DNA of 64,000 nt from positions 11,870 to 75,869 of IMG/VR virus record IMGVR_UViG_3300010883_025067; one strand, 5' to 3'. Below the pieces are notes generated by a model. The model was not told the origin of the DNA and searched no databases. It was given only the letters and a program-made list of their open reading frames with translations. This document shows, piece by piece, positions 37,624 to 47,379 of the stretch (position 1 is the stretch's first letter; every line of letters starts with the position of its first letter). The position numbers and the translations under genes are program-made. The stretch comes from a virus.

Positions 37624-37912
37624 GTACAGTCTTGGTGATCTGGTATTCATTTACGAAAATATCCAATTTCTTCACGGGTTTGATCCGGTCAAACAGGAGG
37701 GCTGCGATTCTCTTAGCATGTCAGTGGGCATTGTTATAAACTCCCATCAGATGTCTATGTATGATCCGATGTCAAATGGGAGATCAACAACAACATTTCA
37801 GCATAGCGTCATGATTAACGATAAGAAGCATAGTTTTTTTGAGGAAGAGTTAAATATTATGCAAAGATTGAATAAAGATGAACTTGATGCTTATAATACA
37901 TGTAAGGAATAA
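37610..37912 (+). CDS. Small SH3/KOW-like protein
   Basis: YSLGDLVF...VGIVI...FFEEEL. Confidence 0.55.
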   Translation: MMKSKYSLGDLVFIYENIQFLHGFDPVKQEGCDSLSMSVGIVINSHQMSMYDPMSNGRSTTTFQHSVMINDKKHSFFEEELNIMQRLNKDELDAYNTCKE

Positions 37913-37915
37913 ATT

Positions 37916-38275
37916 ATGTTACGTGTATTAATAGCTTGCTCTCTACTTTGTATTTCAAACAGTGCAATTGCTCACACTCCTAAGGGTGTATCTCATTCTG
38001 CAAAACCCACCCATAATGCTGCATGTCACAAGGCAAGTACGGGATGGGTCTGGCATGCAGGTCATTGGAAATATCTTAAGGTTGGGAGGGGAAATCAGAC
38101 AGTTGTTAGAAGGTGGAAGTGGATTCCCGGTCACTGGCAACATCATGTTCATGGGCAATCACATAGAGCCTATAGTGAAGTCCCACCAAGGATTCATCAT
38201 AGCTCTCACTGGAAACCAGGAAGGTGGGTAGGTCATGGCCCACACCGTCGCTGGGTACCAGGTATGTGGAGTTGA
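37916..38275 (+). CDS. Secreted WxxGxW-repeat protein
   Basis: Signal peptide (AIA); WVWHAGHW, WKWIPGHW, WKPGRW, WVPGMW. Confidence 0.75.
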   Translation: MLRVLIACSLLCISNSAIAHTPKGVSHSAKPTHNAACHKASTGWVWHAGHWKYLKVGRGNQTVVRRWKWIPGHWQHHVHGQSHRAYSEVPPRIHHSSHWKPGRWVGHGPHRRWVPGMWS

Positions 38276-38316
38276 TAATATACAAGCTTTAGCAAAGTTA
38301 ATATATTTACTAACAT

Positions 38317-38514
38317 ATGATAAAAATCGGTGATAGAGTTGCGCCAATTAGTAATATGTCTCTTTCGGGCGTCGTCATTGACATGCGTCAACAACAAAGT
38401 GACCAGTGGATGGTGGGTGGTGCTATGCAGGCTATCTTTATCATTAAGCTGAAACTAGACAGTGATGGATCTGAACCTGAATTTAGGGCAGATGATCTTA
38501 TGAGACTTGACTGA
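38317..38514 (+). CDS. Small SH3/KOW-like protein
   Basis: IKIGDRV...SGVVID...FRADDL. Confidence 0.6.
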   Translation: MIKIGDRVAPISNMSLSGVVIDMRQQQSDQWMVGGAMQAIFIIKLKLDSDGSEPEFRADDLMRLD

Positions 38515-38780
38515 TGGGAACGAGACAGATTCGGCACAGTACACCCGATCTTGTTAATGAGAATGTAGTCTTTTTCCGAAAGCACGAGGATGGTTACTTT
38601 GAAAGAGTTGAGAAGATAATGATTCGCGATACAAGAACAAATAAGCTAGTTACAAATGAGGAAACAGTCTCTGATGAAAAATATGAGATAACAACCGACT
38701 CCGACTATGAGCATGAGGTTAAATATCAGGACGTAGATGGTAAAGAGAAATCGATTCGGTATAAACAAATTAGAGAATGA
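38514..38780 (+). CDS. Hypothetical protein
   Basis: Translationally coupled ORF. Confidence 0.55.
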   Translation: MGTRQIRHSTPDLVNENVVFFRKHEDGYFERVEKIMIRDTRTNKLVTNEETVSDEKYEITTDSDYEHEVKYQDVDGKEKSIRYKQIRE

Positions 38781-39067
38781 AGCCTTGGTTTCTGTATGTA
38801 GTTGAATGTTCGGACAACACACTTTACACTGGAATCACGACAGATATCAATCGTCGATTGCATGAGCACAACAATACACGAAGAGGTGCAAGATATACAA
38901 GATCTAGGCGACCTGTTAGTCTTGTATATTGGAGAGATCTTAACGATCGATCAGAGGCTACGAGTGCCGAGCTAGCCTTTAAACGTCTTAGCAGAGCACA
39001 AAAGCTTAAAATGATTGCTAAGAGTGACCATGAAGAGTACGATAAAAAGAGTTATCATCGAAACTGA
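38777..39067 (+). CDS. GIY-YIG nuclease (UPF0213/YhbQ-like)
   Basis: WFLYVVECSDNTLYTGITTDINRRLHEHN..RGARYTR.RRP. Confidence 0.9.
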   Translation: MKPWFLYVVECSDNTLYTGITTDINRRLHEHNNTRRGARYTRSRRPVSLVYWRDLNDRSEATSAELAFKRLSRAQKLKMIAKSDHEEYDKKSYHRN

Positions 39068-39437
39068 TGTAGATTCCAATGGTGTCGTGTATGCTGAAAA
39101 GTTCTTTCATTGGCTTTATGCTGAGGTGATGAAATATAGCTCTAACCTACTTAATAAACCCTGTTTGATCAGACATGTTTATGAGGTAGATATAAAAAGT
39201 CCTGTAAAAGCAGGTAATATCTTGGAGATATCATTGAATCCGAAGGGTTTTGGCAGCACATCGATTAGTATTGATGTCAGGGTTAAGGATAGAGAATCAG
39301 ATGTATCTTATCTTTCAATCAAGCAACTCGTACTAGTAGCAGTTGACGAAGATCAGATGTCAATTGAACATGGTATAGCTAGTGAGAAGGATTGCTTCTT
39401 GCCATACGGCTGGTCAACCTATAAGTCCGATGCTTAA
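39030..39437 (+). CDS. Hotdog-fold acyl-CoA thioesterase-like protein
   Basis: DVDSNGVVY, SPVKAGNIL, GSTSISIDV, LVAVDE. Confidence 0.7.
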   Translation: MKSTIKRVIIETDVDSNGVVYAEKFFHWLYAEVMKYSSNLLNKPCLIRHVYEVDIKSPVKAGNILEISLNPKGFGSTSISIDVRVKDRESDVSYLSIKQLVLVAVDEDQMSIEHGIASEKDCFLPYGWSTYKSDA

Positions 39438-39488
39438 TCTTCTTGTAAACACTACAGCCATGTGCTTTAAAATTATTAAGGAGATGCA

Positions 39489-39704
39489 ATGAAGCAAGAA
39501 TCAATTATAGCATACGAACCAACTGATGAGGAAATAAATGATGCCATATCGTTTATGCTCAAGTGCTCGTCTGCAGACTTAGCTGATGCCTGGAATCGAA
39601 CCACAAATGAATGGTGTATTAATTCAGTAATCAGATTGCACAGAGAGTTGTGTAAGACAGGTAGAATTAATCTTTTGATCAGCGAGATGTCACAGCAAGA
39701 ATAA
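39489..39704 (+). CDS. Hypothetical protein
   Basis: AAGGAG RBS. Confidence 0.55.
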   Translation: MKQESIIAYEPTDEEINDAISFMLKCSSADLADAWNRTTNEWCINSVIRLHRELCKTGRINLLISEMSQQE

Positions 39705-39725
39705 ACGATTGTTTATTTAATAGCA

Positions 39726-40358
39726 ATGGCAAGAAACATGTTTTTATTTTGTGCTTTATTTTTTATCGGTTGCTCTAGTCAGGAAAGCGTCGATGTAGAC
39801 GTCAGAGAGAGTGATTTTATTCTTTTGCTTAAAAGTACACCGAAAAAATTTGGTGATTGGAGATTGCTGCCTGAGGTCGTGATCTGCCAAAATGCACCAA
39901 TCTCAGAAAAGCAAATTATGAATGCTGTTGATTTTTGGAGATCTCTTGGGTATAGATTTGGAGTTATTAGTTCAAAATATTCTGAATCATGCTTCACACA
40001 TGGTAGACCATACTATCATATAACCATTGAGATGAATAATCGGGCTGTTGATGAGATGCATTGTGGTGAGACTGCTTTATATCTACAGGGTGAATCACAT
40101 GAAATACTTGGTGCAAGAATTTATTTAAGAAGCGGTGATGGCAACAGCCCCGGTGTGATAGAGCACGAATTCGGGCACGCGCTCGGCTGGAAGCATTTTA
40201 GAAAAAATGGTCACTTGATGCATCCAGCTTTGCGGAACGGTGGGTTCGACACACAGGGATTAAAAAATAATATTGTCCCAGTTGTGGGATATGGGATCGC
40301 AAGTGATGTAAATGAATCTGATATGATTCAGGTGTGTAGCGATCGTCGAGAAAAGTGA
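39726..40358 (+). CDS. Lipoprotein, matrixin-like (metzincin) metalloprotease
   Basis: FIGC lipobox; HEFGHALGWKH and Met-turn LMHP. Confidence 0.85.
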   Translation: MARNMFLFCALFFIGCSSQESVDVDVRESDFILLLKSTPKKFGDWRLLPEVVICQNAPISEKQIMNAVDFWRSLGYRFGVISSKYSESCFTHGRPYYHITIEMNNRAVDEMHCGETALYLQGESHEILGARIYLRSGDGNSPGVIEHEFGHALGWKHFRKNGHLMHPALRNGGFDTQGLKNNIVPVVGYGIASDVNESDMIQVCSDRREK

Positions 40359-40606
40359 CAGAAGATATTAAAGATACTATTGAGTGGTGGAAGCATAAAG
40401 CATTCTTGCTTGAAAAGAGAATAGAGCAGTTAGAGCTTGAAAATTTTGAATTTCGAAGAACAATATGTGAAACTGTTGACAGGCTTAAGACACATAACTT
40501 AGATATGAAAGTAGTCGTCGAATCTAATGTAGGTGTGCTAAGTGAATGTGACGATGATAATATCTTGAGACCAAAATTTAAAAAAGCCAAGTGGAAGAAA
40601 GATTAG
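40355..40606 (+). CDS. Hypothetical coiled-coil protein
   Basis: GTGA overlap. Confidence 0.5.
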   Translation: MTEDIKDTIEWWKHKAFLLEKRIEQLELENFEFRRTICETVDRLKTHNLDMKVVVESNVGVLSECDDDNILRPKFKKAKWKKD

Positions 40607-40641
40607 TCGATATTAAGTCATATATTTATCTTTAGGGCAAT

Positions 40642-41394
40642 ATGAGACTCTTATTAATTCTTCTTCTGTCCGCAACAACAGTTGCTGATGCAACAGCAAA
40701 AAAACATATTGATATTGTTACTGACGACATTACGTCATCTGTATTTATTTCTCGTGTATCAAATGAGCCTCTAACAGAATTTGAAAAGAAAGTTCGTGAG
40801 GCTGCTGTTAAGGTTATTGCAAAACGAGGTCATGGTTCTGGAACCTATGTGAAGCTAAAGGGCTTTCATCTTGTCTTCACAGCAGCCCATGTTGTGACTG
40901 ACGGAAGCAGACAATTTCTAGTGATGGGTGATGGTGAGAAGGTAATCGGACATCTCGTATACTCAGATAAAAAACTTGATGTGGGAGTTTTGCTTATTCC
41001 AGAAATGAAGACTCGTAGTCCAATGAAATACAAGCCACTGAAGGATCTCGCTGAAGTAGGTACACAGATCATGTATGCAGGGTTTCCAGCATCTCACAAC
41101 CTTTTATCAATAAGAGGCATGATAGCTGGTCACGAACTTGATAGATACGGAAACAAGGTTTTGCTGTTACATTCATATGCGTGGTTTGGATGTTCCGGAT
41201 CAGGTGTGTATGACCAGCATGGAAATTTTGTAGGTGTGCTTTGGGGAATTGATTCACCACAAGGAAGATTGATTCCACAGATAGTCGAGGATATTGTCTG
41301 GGTGACACCGTCAAGTAACATTAATGAAGACAAGATCATTGCTGGGATTTGTAAAAGCCTACTAACAGAATCTCGTGTTTGTTCTCTTTACTAG
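40642..41394 (+). CDS. Secreted trypsin-like serine protease
   Basis: Signal peptide; GSG, TAAHVV (His), LDVGVL (Asp), GCSGSG (Ser). Confidence 0.88.
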   Translation: MRLLLILLLSATTVADATAKKHIDIVTDDITSSVFISRVSNEPLTEFEKKVREAAVKVIAKRGHGSGTYVKLKGFHLVFTAAHVVTDGSRQFLVMGDGEKVIGHLVYSDKKLDVGVLLIPEMKTRSPMKYKPLKDLAEVGTQIMYAGFPASHNLLSIRGMIAGHELDRYGNKVLLLHSYAWFGCSGSGVYDQHGNFVGVLWGIDSPQGRLIPQIVEDIVWVTPSSNINEDKIIAGICKSLLTESRVCSLY

Positions 41395-41963
41395 GGCGTG
41401 ATTATTTGAGCAATGCCCGCTTCAAGAGCTGATTGACTATAGCCTCGTAGTATCTGCTTTATAACCATGTCCTCTGTTATAAAGAAGAATGTGGGCCATC
41501 CTGTTATGTTCCATCCAGTTGTAGAGGAGTAGTCTATCATATTTCTGCTTCCTGCTAGAACATGTGAATCTTCGATAACAAACAAATCTGCCCAATATGC
41601 ACAATCATCAGATGTCGCAGGCTCACCTTCTGCTGTTTCAATGAGCACAGTTAGATATTCAAGATTCTCTGACGCATACTTTGCCTTCACCTGATCTACC
41701 TTAGATGCAGCATCCATACATGGGCCACACCACATCACGCTGAAGTCTAGAACAATTGGCTGTTTGTAGAAGTCGTAAAGAGAGACGTCATTTCCATGCT
41801 GATCAACAAGTGTAAAATTGCAAGGATGATCTTCGATGTTTTGTGAGCATTCTTCCCACGGATATGGATTTTCTTGAACCTGACTGTCATCGCTTTTATC
41901 GAGACGAGGTGTGCATGCATTACATGCAGATGTGAGAAAGAGAAAAAATAGAGACTTATACAT
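41391..41963 (-). CDS. Redoxin/TlpA-like thioredoxin-fold protein, probable lipoprotein
   Basis: NFTLVDQHG...VLDFSVMWCGPC...GWPTF; N-terminal signal with Cys. Confidence 0.85.
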   Translation of the reverse strand: MYKSLFFLFLTSACNACTPRLDKSDDSQVQENPYPWEECSQNIEDHPCNFTLVDQHGNDVSLYDFYKQPIVLDFSVMWCGPCMDAASKVDQVKAKYASENLEYLTVLIETAEGEPATSDDCAYWADLFVIEDSHVLAGSRNMIDYSSTTGWNITGWPTFFFITEDMVIKQILRGYSQSALEAGIAQIITP

Positions 41964-43555
41964 TATTCACAGTTTCCTAATATTGCGTATTCAACTTCTA
42001 TTGTGCTATTCATTGCTGGAGGAGAGCTAAAGATAATTGAATTAGAGGTGATGCTGTAACTCCAGCTAGCTGATGAATATCCATTTACAGTTACAATAAT
42101 TGTCTCTTCAATGGGAAAGTCTGTGAGCTGGAACGAACTCTTTGCCATTGATTCTCTGGCAAGTGTGTCCATTTGTGCACCCCAGTCAACTGCACAAATG
42201 GACATGAAGGTTCCACTTAAAGCTTGTACGACTTCGTAATACCCACCACCAAACTGAGCATACATACCATTTGAATTGCATCCTGATGGAAAATCACCTG
42301 CTACAGCATGTGCAACAATTTGTTCAGTTGAAGTTTTTAGGCTTTGGAGGTGATTAGCATAATCTTGAGGAAGCATTGTCGAATATCTGCTAGAGGCATC
42401 AGTTTCATCTGAGACATAGATAATTACGAGTTTTGCATCCGATCGCAGAAAAGAGCTGCCAGGTCCAGCATCTGCCCCTGACTGTGTTGACTCATAAGAC
42501 TCCCACAAGCCTCTCTCTAAACCACTTCCAGAGACACCAATGCTGTTGATGATATTTGTAACGGTTCCGATAGGGTCAGCATGATTGCTATCAATAATCC
42601 CTCCGACAAAATTTTCATTATCAGTTGTAATAAATGCGAGTTGATAGTCCACACCTGATGTAGCAAAGACATTAATGAAAGAGCTAAAGTTGTTTGCCAG
42701 ATTTGTCTGGTGTCTGTACATCGAGCATGAATTATCAATGACAAATAGAATATCAGACTTTGATTCACCTGTTTGTTCGAATGATTCACTTACGATTGCT
42801 GCATACTTTCCTAGTGCGACTTGATCAGCACTTGCAGTAGGTGAAACAGGATCACTCGATGAAACTTCAACATATGAAGAGTCATCCACTAGATCAGTTG
42901 GTATGTATTCAATAATCACGTCTATGCTGCTGCTTGGAGGAATGATCCAGGGAAGGCTTCCGTGTATGCTCTGGTTATCATTGAAATTAAAGTCAACTGG
43001 CAGTGTTGTGAAAAATTCTACGTCGTCGACATGTAGATCAGCATCACCAACATTTGCAATGTTGACATTGATTTTTTCATCACAACCGACATCCACTTCA
43101 CCAAAGTCATAATACTCAGGAGTTATTTCTATGATGGGTGCATTTCCTGCACCATTTAGTGTCACCACTACTAGAGGACTATCTGGATCATTTGATTCAA
43201 TAAAGATCCTATCTGTGTCTGTTGAGTATGTTATGGGTGTGTAAGCTATCTCAATGCTTGTGGCCTCACCTGCCTCTAGGGAGGATTCATCGGGTGGGAT
43301 AAGTGTAAAAACAGATCTGCCTGATCTTAGGTAGATATCGTTAAGATCTAACGTATCAGTTCCTACATTGGAAACAATGATTTCACTAATATTTGTTTCA
43401 AATCCAGAGTGTAGTGACCCAAAATCAATTGATCCAGGAGAGACGTGAATGTCTGGGATCATATCAATCTTCGGATTTAGTTCATAATCTGAGCAGCCGG
43501 TCAACGCTACTAACATTGTAAAAATTACGCAAGATCGTGAAGTATATGACATCAA
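41963..43555 (-). CDS. Lipoprotein with two Ig-like (choice-of-anchor D/ASH-type) domains and a vWA-like domain
   Basis: LTGC lipobox; IHVSPGSIDFG...NVG...L; IESNDPD; DILFVIDNSCSM; VSDE. Confidence 0.8.
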   Translation of the reverse strand: MMSYTSRSCVIFTMLVALTGCSDYELNPKIDMIPDIHVSPGSIDFGSLHSGFETNISEIIVSNVGTDTLDLNDIYLRSGRSVFTLIPPDESSLEAGEATSIEIAYTPITYSTDTDRIFIESNDPDSPLVVVTLNGAGNAPIIEITPEYYDFGEVDVGCDEKINVNIANVGDADLHVDDVEFFTTLPVDFNFNDNQSIHGSLPWIIPPSSSIDVIIEYIPTDLVDDSSYVEVSSSDPVSPTASADQVALGKYAAIVSESFEQTGESKSDILFVIDNSCSMYRHQTNLANNFSSFINVFATSGVDYQLAFITTDNENFVGGIIDSNHADPIGTVTNIINSIGVSGSGLERGLWESYESTQSGADAGPGSSFLRSDAKLVIIYVSDETDASSRYSTMLPQDYANHLQSLKTSTEQIVAHAVAGDFPSGCNSNGMYAQFGGGYYEVVQALSGTFMSICAVDWGAQMDTLARESMAKSSFQLTDFPIEETIIVTVNGYSSASWSYSITSNSIIFSSPPAMNSTIEVEYAILGNCE

Positions 43556-43602
43556 TAATACCTATTCATCACGACATATCAAGCAGCTAAATACTTAAAA
43601 AT

Positions 43603-43866
43603 ATGCGCTTTAAAAAGGGTGATCTAGTTAGATATGTTGCTAATCCACTTTCAACAGCGCCCAGAATTATCCCGAAAGGAAGAGGTCTGATCGGGATTGT
43701 TATCAACACTAGAGAGTTTCGTGTGGGTAATAAGGACGATGTAGATACACAAGCAATTATGAAAATAGTATCAGTACATTGGTCAGATATAACCTGGAAT
43801 GAGAGTAATGGTCTTTCTGAGGAATATGAGCCGGATCTTAAAATTATTCAAGCATCTGAAAAATAA
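43603..43866 (+). CDS. Small SH3/KOW-like protein
   Basis: FKKGDLVRY...IGIVI...VHW. Confidence 0.6.
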   Translation: MRFKKGDLVRYVANPLSTAPRIIPKGRGLIGIVINTREFRVGNKDDVDTQAIMKIVSVHWSDITWNESNGLSEEYEPDLKIIQASEK

Positions 43867-44206
43867 AATATTTTCAATCAAATCTACTCTGTATGAGACA
43901 GGTGAGATTGTTAGCATTGTGCCATGTCCGTCACCTGAAGGTTTTTCTTATGGATCAATTTCAAGTGAGTCAATATTAATATTTAAAAAAATAGATCTAC
44001 AGTCTTACCCATCATTCCATGATTTCTTAGGACCTCACACAGAGGCGAAACAAGGTGATATTGCAACTGTGATCCGATTTGTAGGAAGGCCTACAAAAAT
44101 TCGGGAAGGAAAAAAATGGTCACACTACGACGTATATGAGATCATGATTCACGGTTCACTCTATCAGACTTTTGCACAAACATTGGTTTGTAGAGAAAAT
44201 ATATAG
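43799..44206 (+). CDS. Hypothetical protein
   Basis: 135-aa ORF, start uncertain. Confidence 0.45.
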   Translation: MRVMVFLRNMSRILKLFKHLKNKIFSIKSTLYETGEIVSIVPCPSPEGFSYGSISSESILIFKKIDLQSYPSFHDFLGPHTEAKQGDIATVIRFVGRPTKIREGKKWSHYDVYEIMIHGSLYQTFAQTLVCRENI

Positions 44207-44239
44207 TATAATAAGAATAGAAGAACAGTAGCTGATATT

Positions 44240-44602
44240 ATGAATAAGTTTTCTTTAGTGATCCTTTGTATGATAGTTTCCTTTGCATCACAAGGTTGTG
44301 CATCAAAGCTACATTACGTGGGAAAAAATTTCGAACCCAGCCAAAGTCTTTGTGCTGATGCACTTGTTGTAAACTTAGATGCAGCTGGATGCAATGCGAT
44401 TTATTACGGACATTCACCATCATATAACGCTTTCAAGGTGCGCTGTGTTAGTGCTGACTGGAATAATAACAACAATGAGTGGATTTCTTATTCTTTCTTT
44501 CTCAAGCCTGCAGGGCAGGATTTTGAAGTTCACAATGATTTATTCATGCTTTGTTCTGATATTTCATCGAGCCTATATTTTCTCAATGAGAACAATAGAT
44601 AA
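44240..44602 (+). CDS. Putative Cys-rich lipoprotein
   Basis: Hydrophobic N-terminus then SQGC; 4 further Cys. Confidence 0.5.
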   Translation: MNKFSLVILCMIVSFASQGCASKLHYVGKNFEPSQSLCADALVVNLDAAGCNAIYYGHSPSYNAFKVRCVSADWNNNNNEWISYSFFLKPAGQDFEVHNDLFMLCSDISSSLYFLNENNR

Positions 44603-44805
44603 TGACAATTGACATATACTTTACAGGTTGCCCTGATGCGTTGACTAAGATGGTTAAGAAGCCTGAGTATCATAAGCTTCTTGCTGTAATGAAGCAGAAT
44701 ACCAAACAGGCAGATCCTGACTTATTTAAATTCAATGATGGTTCTTTGATCAGATTAAGTCAAATCGAATATCTTGATGTAAAACCAGACGTTTCTTTTC
44801 ACTAG
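44602..44805 (+). CDS. Hypothetical protein
   Basis: Coupled ORF. Confidence 0.5.
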   Translation: MTIDIYFTGCPDALTKMVKKPEYHKLLAVMKQNTKQADPDLFKFNDGSLIRLSQIEYLDVKPDVSFH

Positions 44806-44881
44806 ATAATATCAGATATAATAAATAACATTCTTTAAATGGTGTAAATTTGAAGAATGTATATTATCTTTTTATATGCTT

Positions 44882-44967
44882 GCGCAAGTGGTGGAATTGG
44901 TAGACACACAGGTCTTAGGAACCTGTGCTCATGTGGCGTGGGGGTTCGAGTCCCCCCTTGCGCACCA
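44882..44967 (+). tRNA. tRNA-Leu (TAG)
   Basis: gcgcaag/cttgcgc, caggt-cttagga-acctg, variable arm, CCA. Confidence 0.95.
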
Positions 44968-44970
44968 TCT

Positions 44971-45056
44971 GGAAGGCATCCGAATTGGTGAGGACACAGA
45001 TTTGAAATCTGTTGCACTGCAAAGTGTTGGGGGTTCGAGTCCCCCGCCTTCCGCCA
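44971..45056 (+). tRNA. tRNA-Ser (TGA)
   Basis: ggaaggc/gccttcc, acaga-tttgaaa-tctgt, long variable arm, G73, CCA. Confidence 0.93.
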
Positions 45057-45059
45057 TTT

Positions 45060-45134
45060 GCCACCGTAGCTCAATGGCAGAGCACCGCTCTTGTAAAGCG
45101 GGGGTCAAGGGTTCAAATCCCTTCGGTGGCTCCA
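45060..45134 (+). tRNA. tRNA-Thr (TGT)
   Basis: gccaccg/cggtggc, ccgct-cttgtaa-agcgg, CCA. Confidence 0.95.
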
Positions 45135-45137
45135 TTC

Positions 45138-45210
45138 GGGGATGTAGCTCAATTGGGAGAGCATCTGCTTTGCACGCAGAAGGTTGCTGGTTCAAGTCCA
45201 GCTGTCTCCA
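45138..45210 (+). tRNA. tRNA-Ala (TGC), no encoded CCA
   Basis: G3:U70 pair, tctgc-tttgcac-gcaga; followed by CAA. Confidence 0.92.
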
Positions 45211-45217
45211 CAAGAAT

Positions 45218-45294
45218 CGGGATGTGGCGCAGCCTGGCAGCGCATCTGCTTTGGGAGCAGAGGGTCGCAGGTTCGAATCCTGTCATCCCGACCA
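45218..45294 (+). tRNA. tRNA-Pro (TGG)
   Basis: cgggatg/catcccg, tctgc-tttggga-gcaga, CCA. Confidence 0.95.
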
Positions 45295-45309
45295 CCTGAT
45301 TCAATTTAG

Positions 45310-45519
45310 ATGAATGTAAAAAGAACAACTAGAATAGCTGTTGAATTAACTTGTGATGAGACAATAGAAGCAATTATTTGCTGGCTAACCAAGGGCGTAG
45401 GAAATAATCGGTCTTGTAATCTTGCAGCAAGAATTTTAAATGGTGATAAAAGGAAGTTACTGCTTAGAAATAAGAAGTTGATTGTCGAGTTTCAGGAGGA
45501 AGATAATGAAGAAACATGA
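45310..45519 (+). CDS. Hypothetical protein
   Basis: 69-aa ORF after the tRNA cluster. Confidence 0.5.
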   Translation: MNVKRTTRIAVELTCDETIEAIICWLTKGVGNNRSCNLAARILNGDKRKLLLRNKKLIVEFQEEDNEET

Positions 45520-45582
45520 AGTTTCGAGAAATACAATAAGCTTCTTTTTTGTAGAATTAGATAACACCCAGCAGGAGAAAAT

Positions 45583-45825
45583 ATGGGCAACTGCAATGTT
45601 GGACGTCTAAAGATCGTTTCAAGAAATACGCAAGAAGGTGATGCAAGCTTTTATTATAATCGTTTTGTTTATGTGAATGTTCACGGAGAGATAGAACAGC
45701 TTCTTCTCACAGATCGAGAGACTGAAGCTGCGAAGATTCGTGCCGAGAAGAATGTGAAGTTACTTGCTCAACCGACATTTCTTGATCGCCTTGTTCGATG
45801 GTGCTTGTGTCTACTGGGCGCATAG
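45583..45825 (+). CDS. Hypothetical protein
   Basis: AGGAG RBS. Confidence 0.6.
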   Translation: MGNCNVGRLKIVSRNTQEGDASFYYNRFVYVNVHGEIEQLLLTDRETEAAKIRAEKNVKLLAQPTFLDRLVRWCLCLLGA

Positions 45826-45850
45826 TTATACATCGGAGTGTTGCTGTCTT

Positions 45851-46330
45851 TTGAGTTTTAAAGATCATCTCTGGTTTTCAGGTAGCGGTCAATCACACAA
45901 TTACACTGATATTCTATCATCTATAGAATCACACGTCAGTAATCAGGGAGAGATCTTTATTGGTACTGATAGTATGATAGATAGAAGAGCATGCATCTTT
46001 GTCACTGCCATTTGTTTACACGGTGCTAATGATCAATTGGGTGGAAGATATTTTTTCACACGAATAAAAGATAAGAGTGAGCCCTACGAGAATTTGAAAG
46101 TTCGAATAATGCAAGAGGTATTTAGCTCAATTGAGACAGGACACAATGTAAAGGAAGTTTTTCCTGATGCTGATATCGAGATTCATATAGATGTTGGAAC
46201 AACAATTCACTCACAAACTCGACACCTGGCAGATATCGTGACAGGGTGGACAAGGGCAGCAGGATTCATCTGTAGAATAAAGCCGTACTCCTGGGCTTCA
46301 ACAGCAGTTGCTGATAAGCATACAAAATAA
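45851..46330 (+). CDS. RNase H-like YkuK (DUF458) family protein
   Basis: IFIGTDS, FVTAI, GGRYF, RIMQEV..SI, EIHIDVG, IKP.SWAS.VADKHTK; start approximate. Confidence 0.8.
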   Translation: MSFKDHLWFSGSGQSHNYTDILSSIESHVSNQGEIFIGTDSMIDRRACIFVTAICLHGANDQLGGRYFFTRIKDKSEPYENLKVRIMQEVFSSIETGHNVKEVFPDADIEIHIDVGTTIHSQTRHLADIVTGWTRAAGFICRIKPYSWASTAVADKHTK

Positions 46331-46339
46331 AATGTTGCT

Positions 46340-46549
46340 CTAGTACAAGCCCAATAATGATGTGATGGACAATCCTGTCGCCATGCCAAAGAAAAATACA
46401 GTTACAACTGTTAAGATATCAGTTCTTTTTCTGTTATACCTGTGCATGTCTCTATCTAGCATGTGTACCTGATACTGAATGATAGGTGGTAGATTCTCGT
46501 TGCTAAATTGTTCCCTAGATCCTGTCGGGAATTTAATTAGGTTAGACAT
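46340..46549 (-). CDS. Small membrane protein
   Basis: MSNLIKFP start, C-terminal TM; fills the gap between + genes. Confidence 0.5.
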   Translation of the reverse strand: MSNLIKFPTGSREQFSNENLPPIIQYQVHMLDRDMHRYNRKRTDILTVVTVFFFGMATGLSITSLLGLY

Positions 46550-46581
46550 CTTGTATATTTAGATTATAATGGAGAGAGACA

Positions 46582-47379
46582 GTGCGTATCAAAGAATATA
46601 ATATTGAACTTCTGTTTGAGAACGATGATGATCCAACTAAGCTTCGTGTTCTTGATTTTGATGACACGATAGCTGATACAGTGGAACAGGTGATGATTAC
46701 ACAGACAGCTCCGGATGGAACTGTATCACATAAGCCGATCAGTTCTAAAGAGTTCGCTGTCTATGAGTTGCAGCCCGGTGAATCGATCGATCCTGATATA
46801 GCATTTCAAGAATTTTCTCGAGTTGATATTGAGAAAGCCACACCGGTTCCGCTCATAGCTGACCTATTAAGAAAATTCGCATCAGCAGAAGGTAGAAGAA
46901 AACTCTTAATACTCACAGCACGTGGACAAGAAGTTGCTGATGATGTGATGGGTTTTCTTGAGAGAAGGGTGGGTATATCTGATCCAGCAGGAAAGATAGA
47001 CTTTAGAGGTGTTAACAACAAGGATCCTGCAGCAAAGGTGTCGGTAATAGAGAGCTATCTTGATGATTATCCCAATATTCAGTTCGTTTCTTTTTATGAT
47101 GATTCAGGACAGAATGTCAAGGCCGTCGCCAAGTTTCTTGATGATCGTGGGATAAAGAGGGATGTGAGACAGGTCGTAACAGATGAGGAGGGTAATGTTC
47201 GATTGGTTAGACCAAGGATTGACGAAGCAACACTAGTGACAGACTTTGGTATGATAACGCGTAATTTTCTTCGAGGAATAGTTGTAGAGGACAATGTTGA
47301 CACTGTCACTGAAACATCTGAAGTTTTCGATGAAAGAGATTTAGCACGTGACTTTTTCAGAAGAATGCTTAGTGAGTAA
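46582..47379 (+). CDS. HAD-superfamily phosphatase (polynucleotide 3'-phosphatase-like)
   Basis: VLDFDDT, ILTARG, K, FYDDS..N; flanked by LLFE and RRMLSE motifs. Confidence 0.8.
   Translation: MRIKEYNIELLFENDDDPTKLRVLDFDDTIADTVEQVMITQTAPDGTVSHKPISSKEFAVYELQPGESIDPDIAFQEFSRVDIEKATPVPLIADLLRKFASAEGRRKLLILTARGQEVADDVMGFLERRVGISDPAGKIDFRGVNNKDPAAKVSVIESYLDDYPNIQFVSFYDDSGQNVKAVAKFLDDRGIKRDVRQVVTDEEGNVRLVRPRIDEATLVTDFGMITRNFLRGIVVEDNVDTVTETSEVFDERDLARDFFRRMLSE

Noticed and set aside
38777-39067. GIY-YIG as a homing endonuclease or intron marker
   Set aside because: Only 96 aa, stand-alone UPF0213 type with no DNA-binding extension, and no interrupted host gene around it
32464-45056. Suppressor or Sec tRNAs (anticodons TAA, TAG, TGA) and stop-codon recoding
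   Set aside because: These anticodons read UUA, CUA and UCA; all three stops terminate conserved genes at expected ends, so the standard code fits
44835-45313. ORFs 44876-45313(+), 45012-45299(+), 44835-45074(-) and 44929-45213(-)
   Set aside because: They are shadows of the five-tRNA cluster
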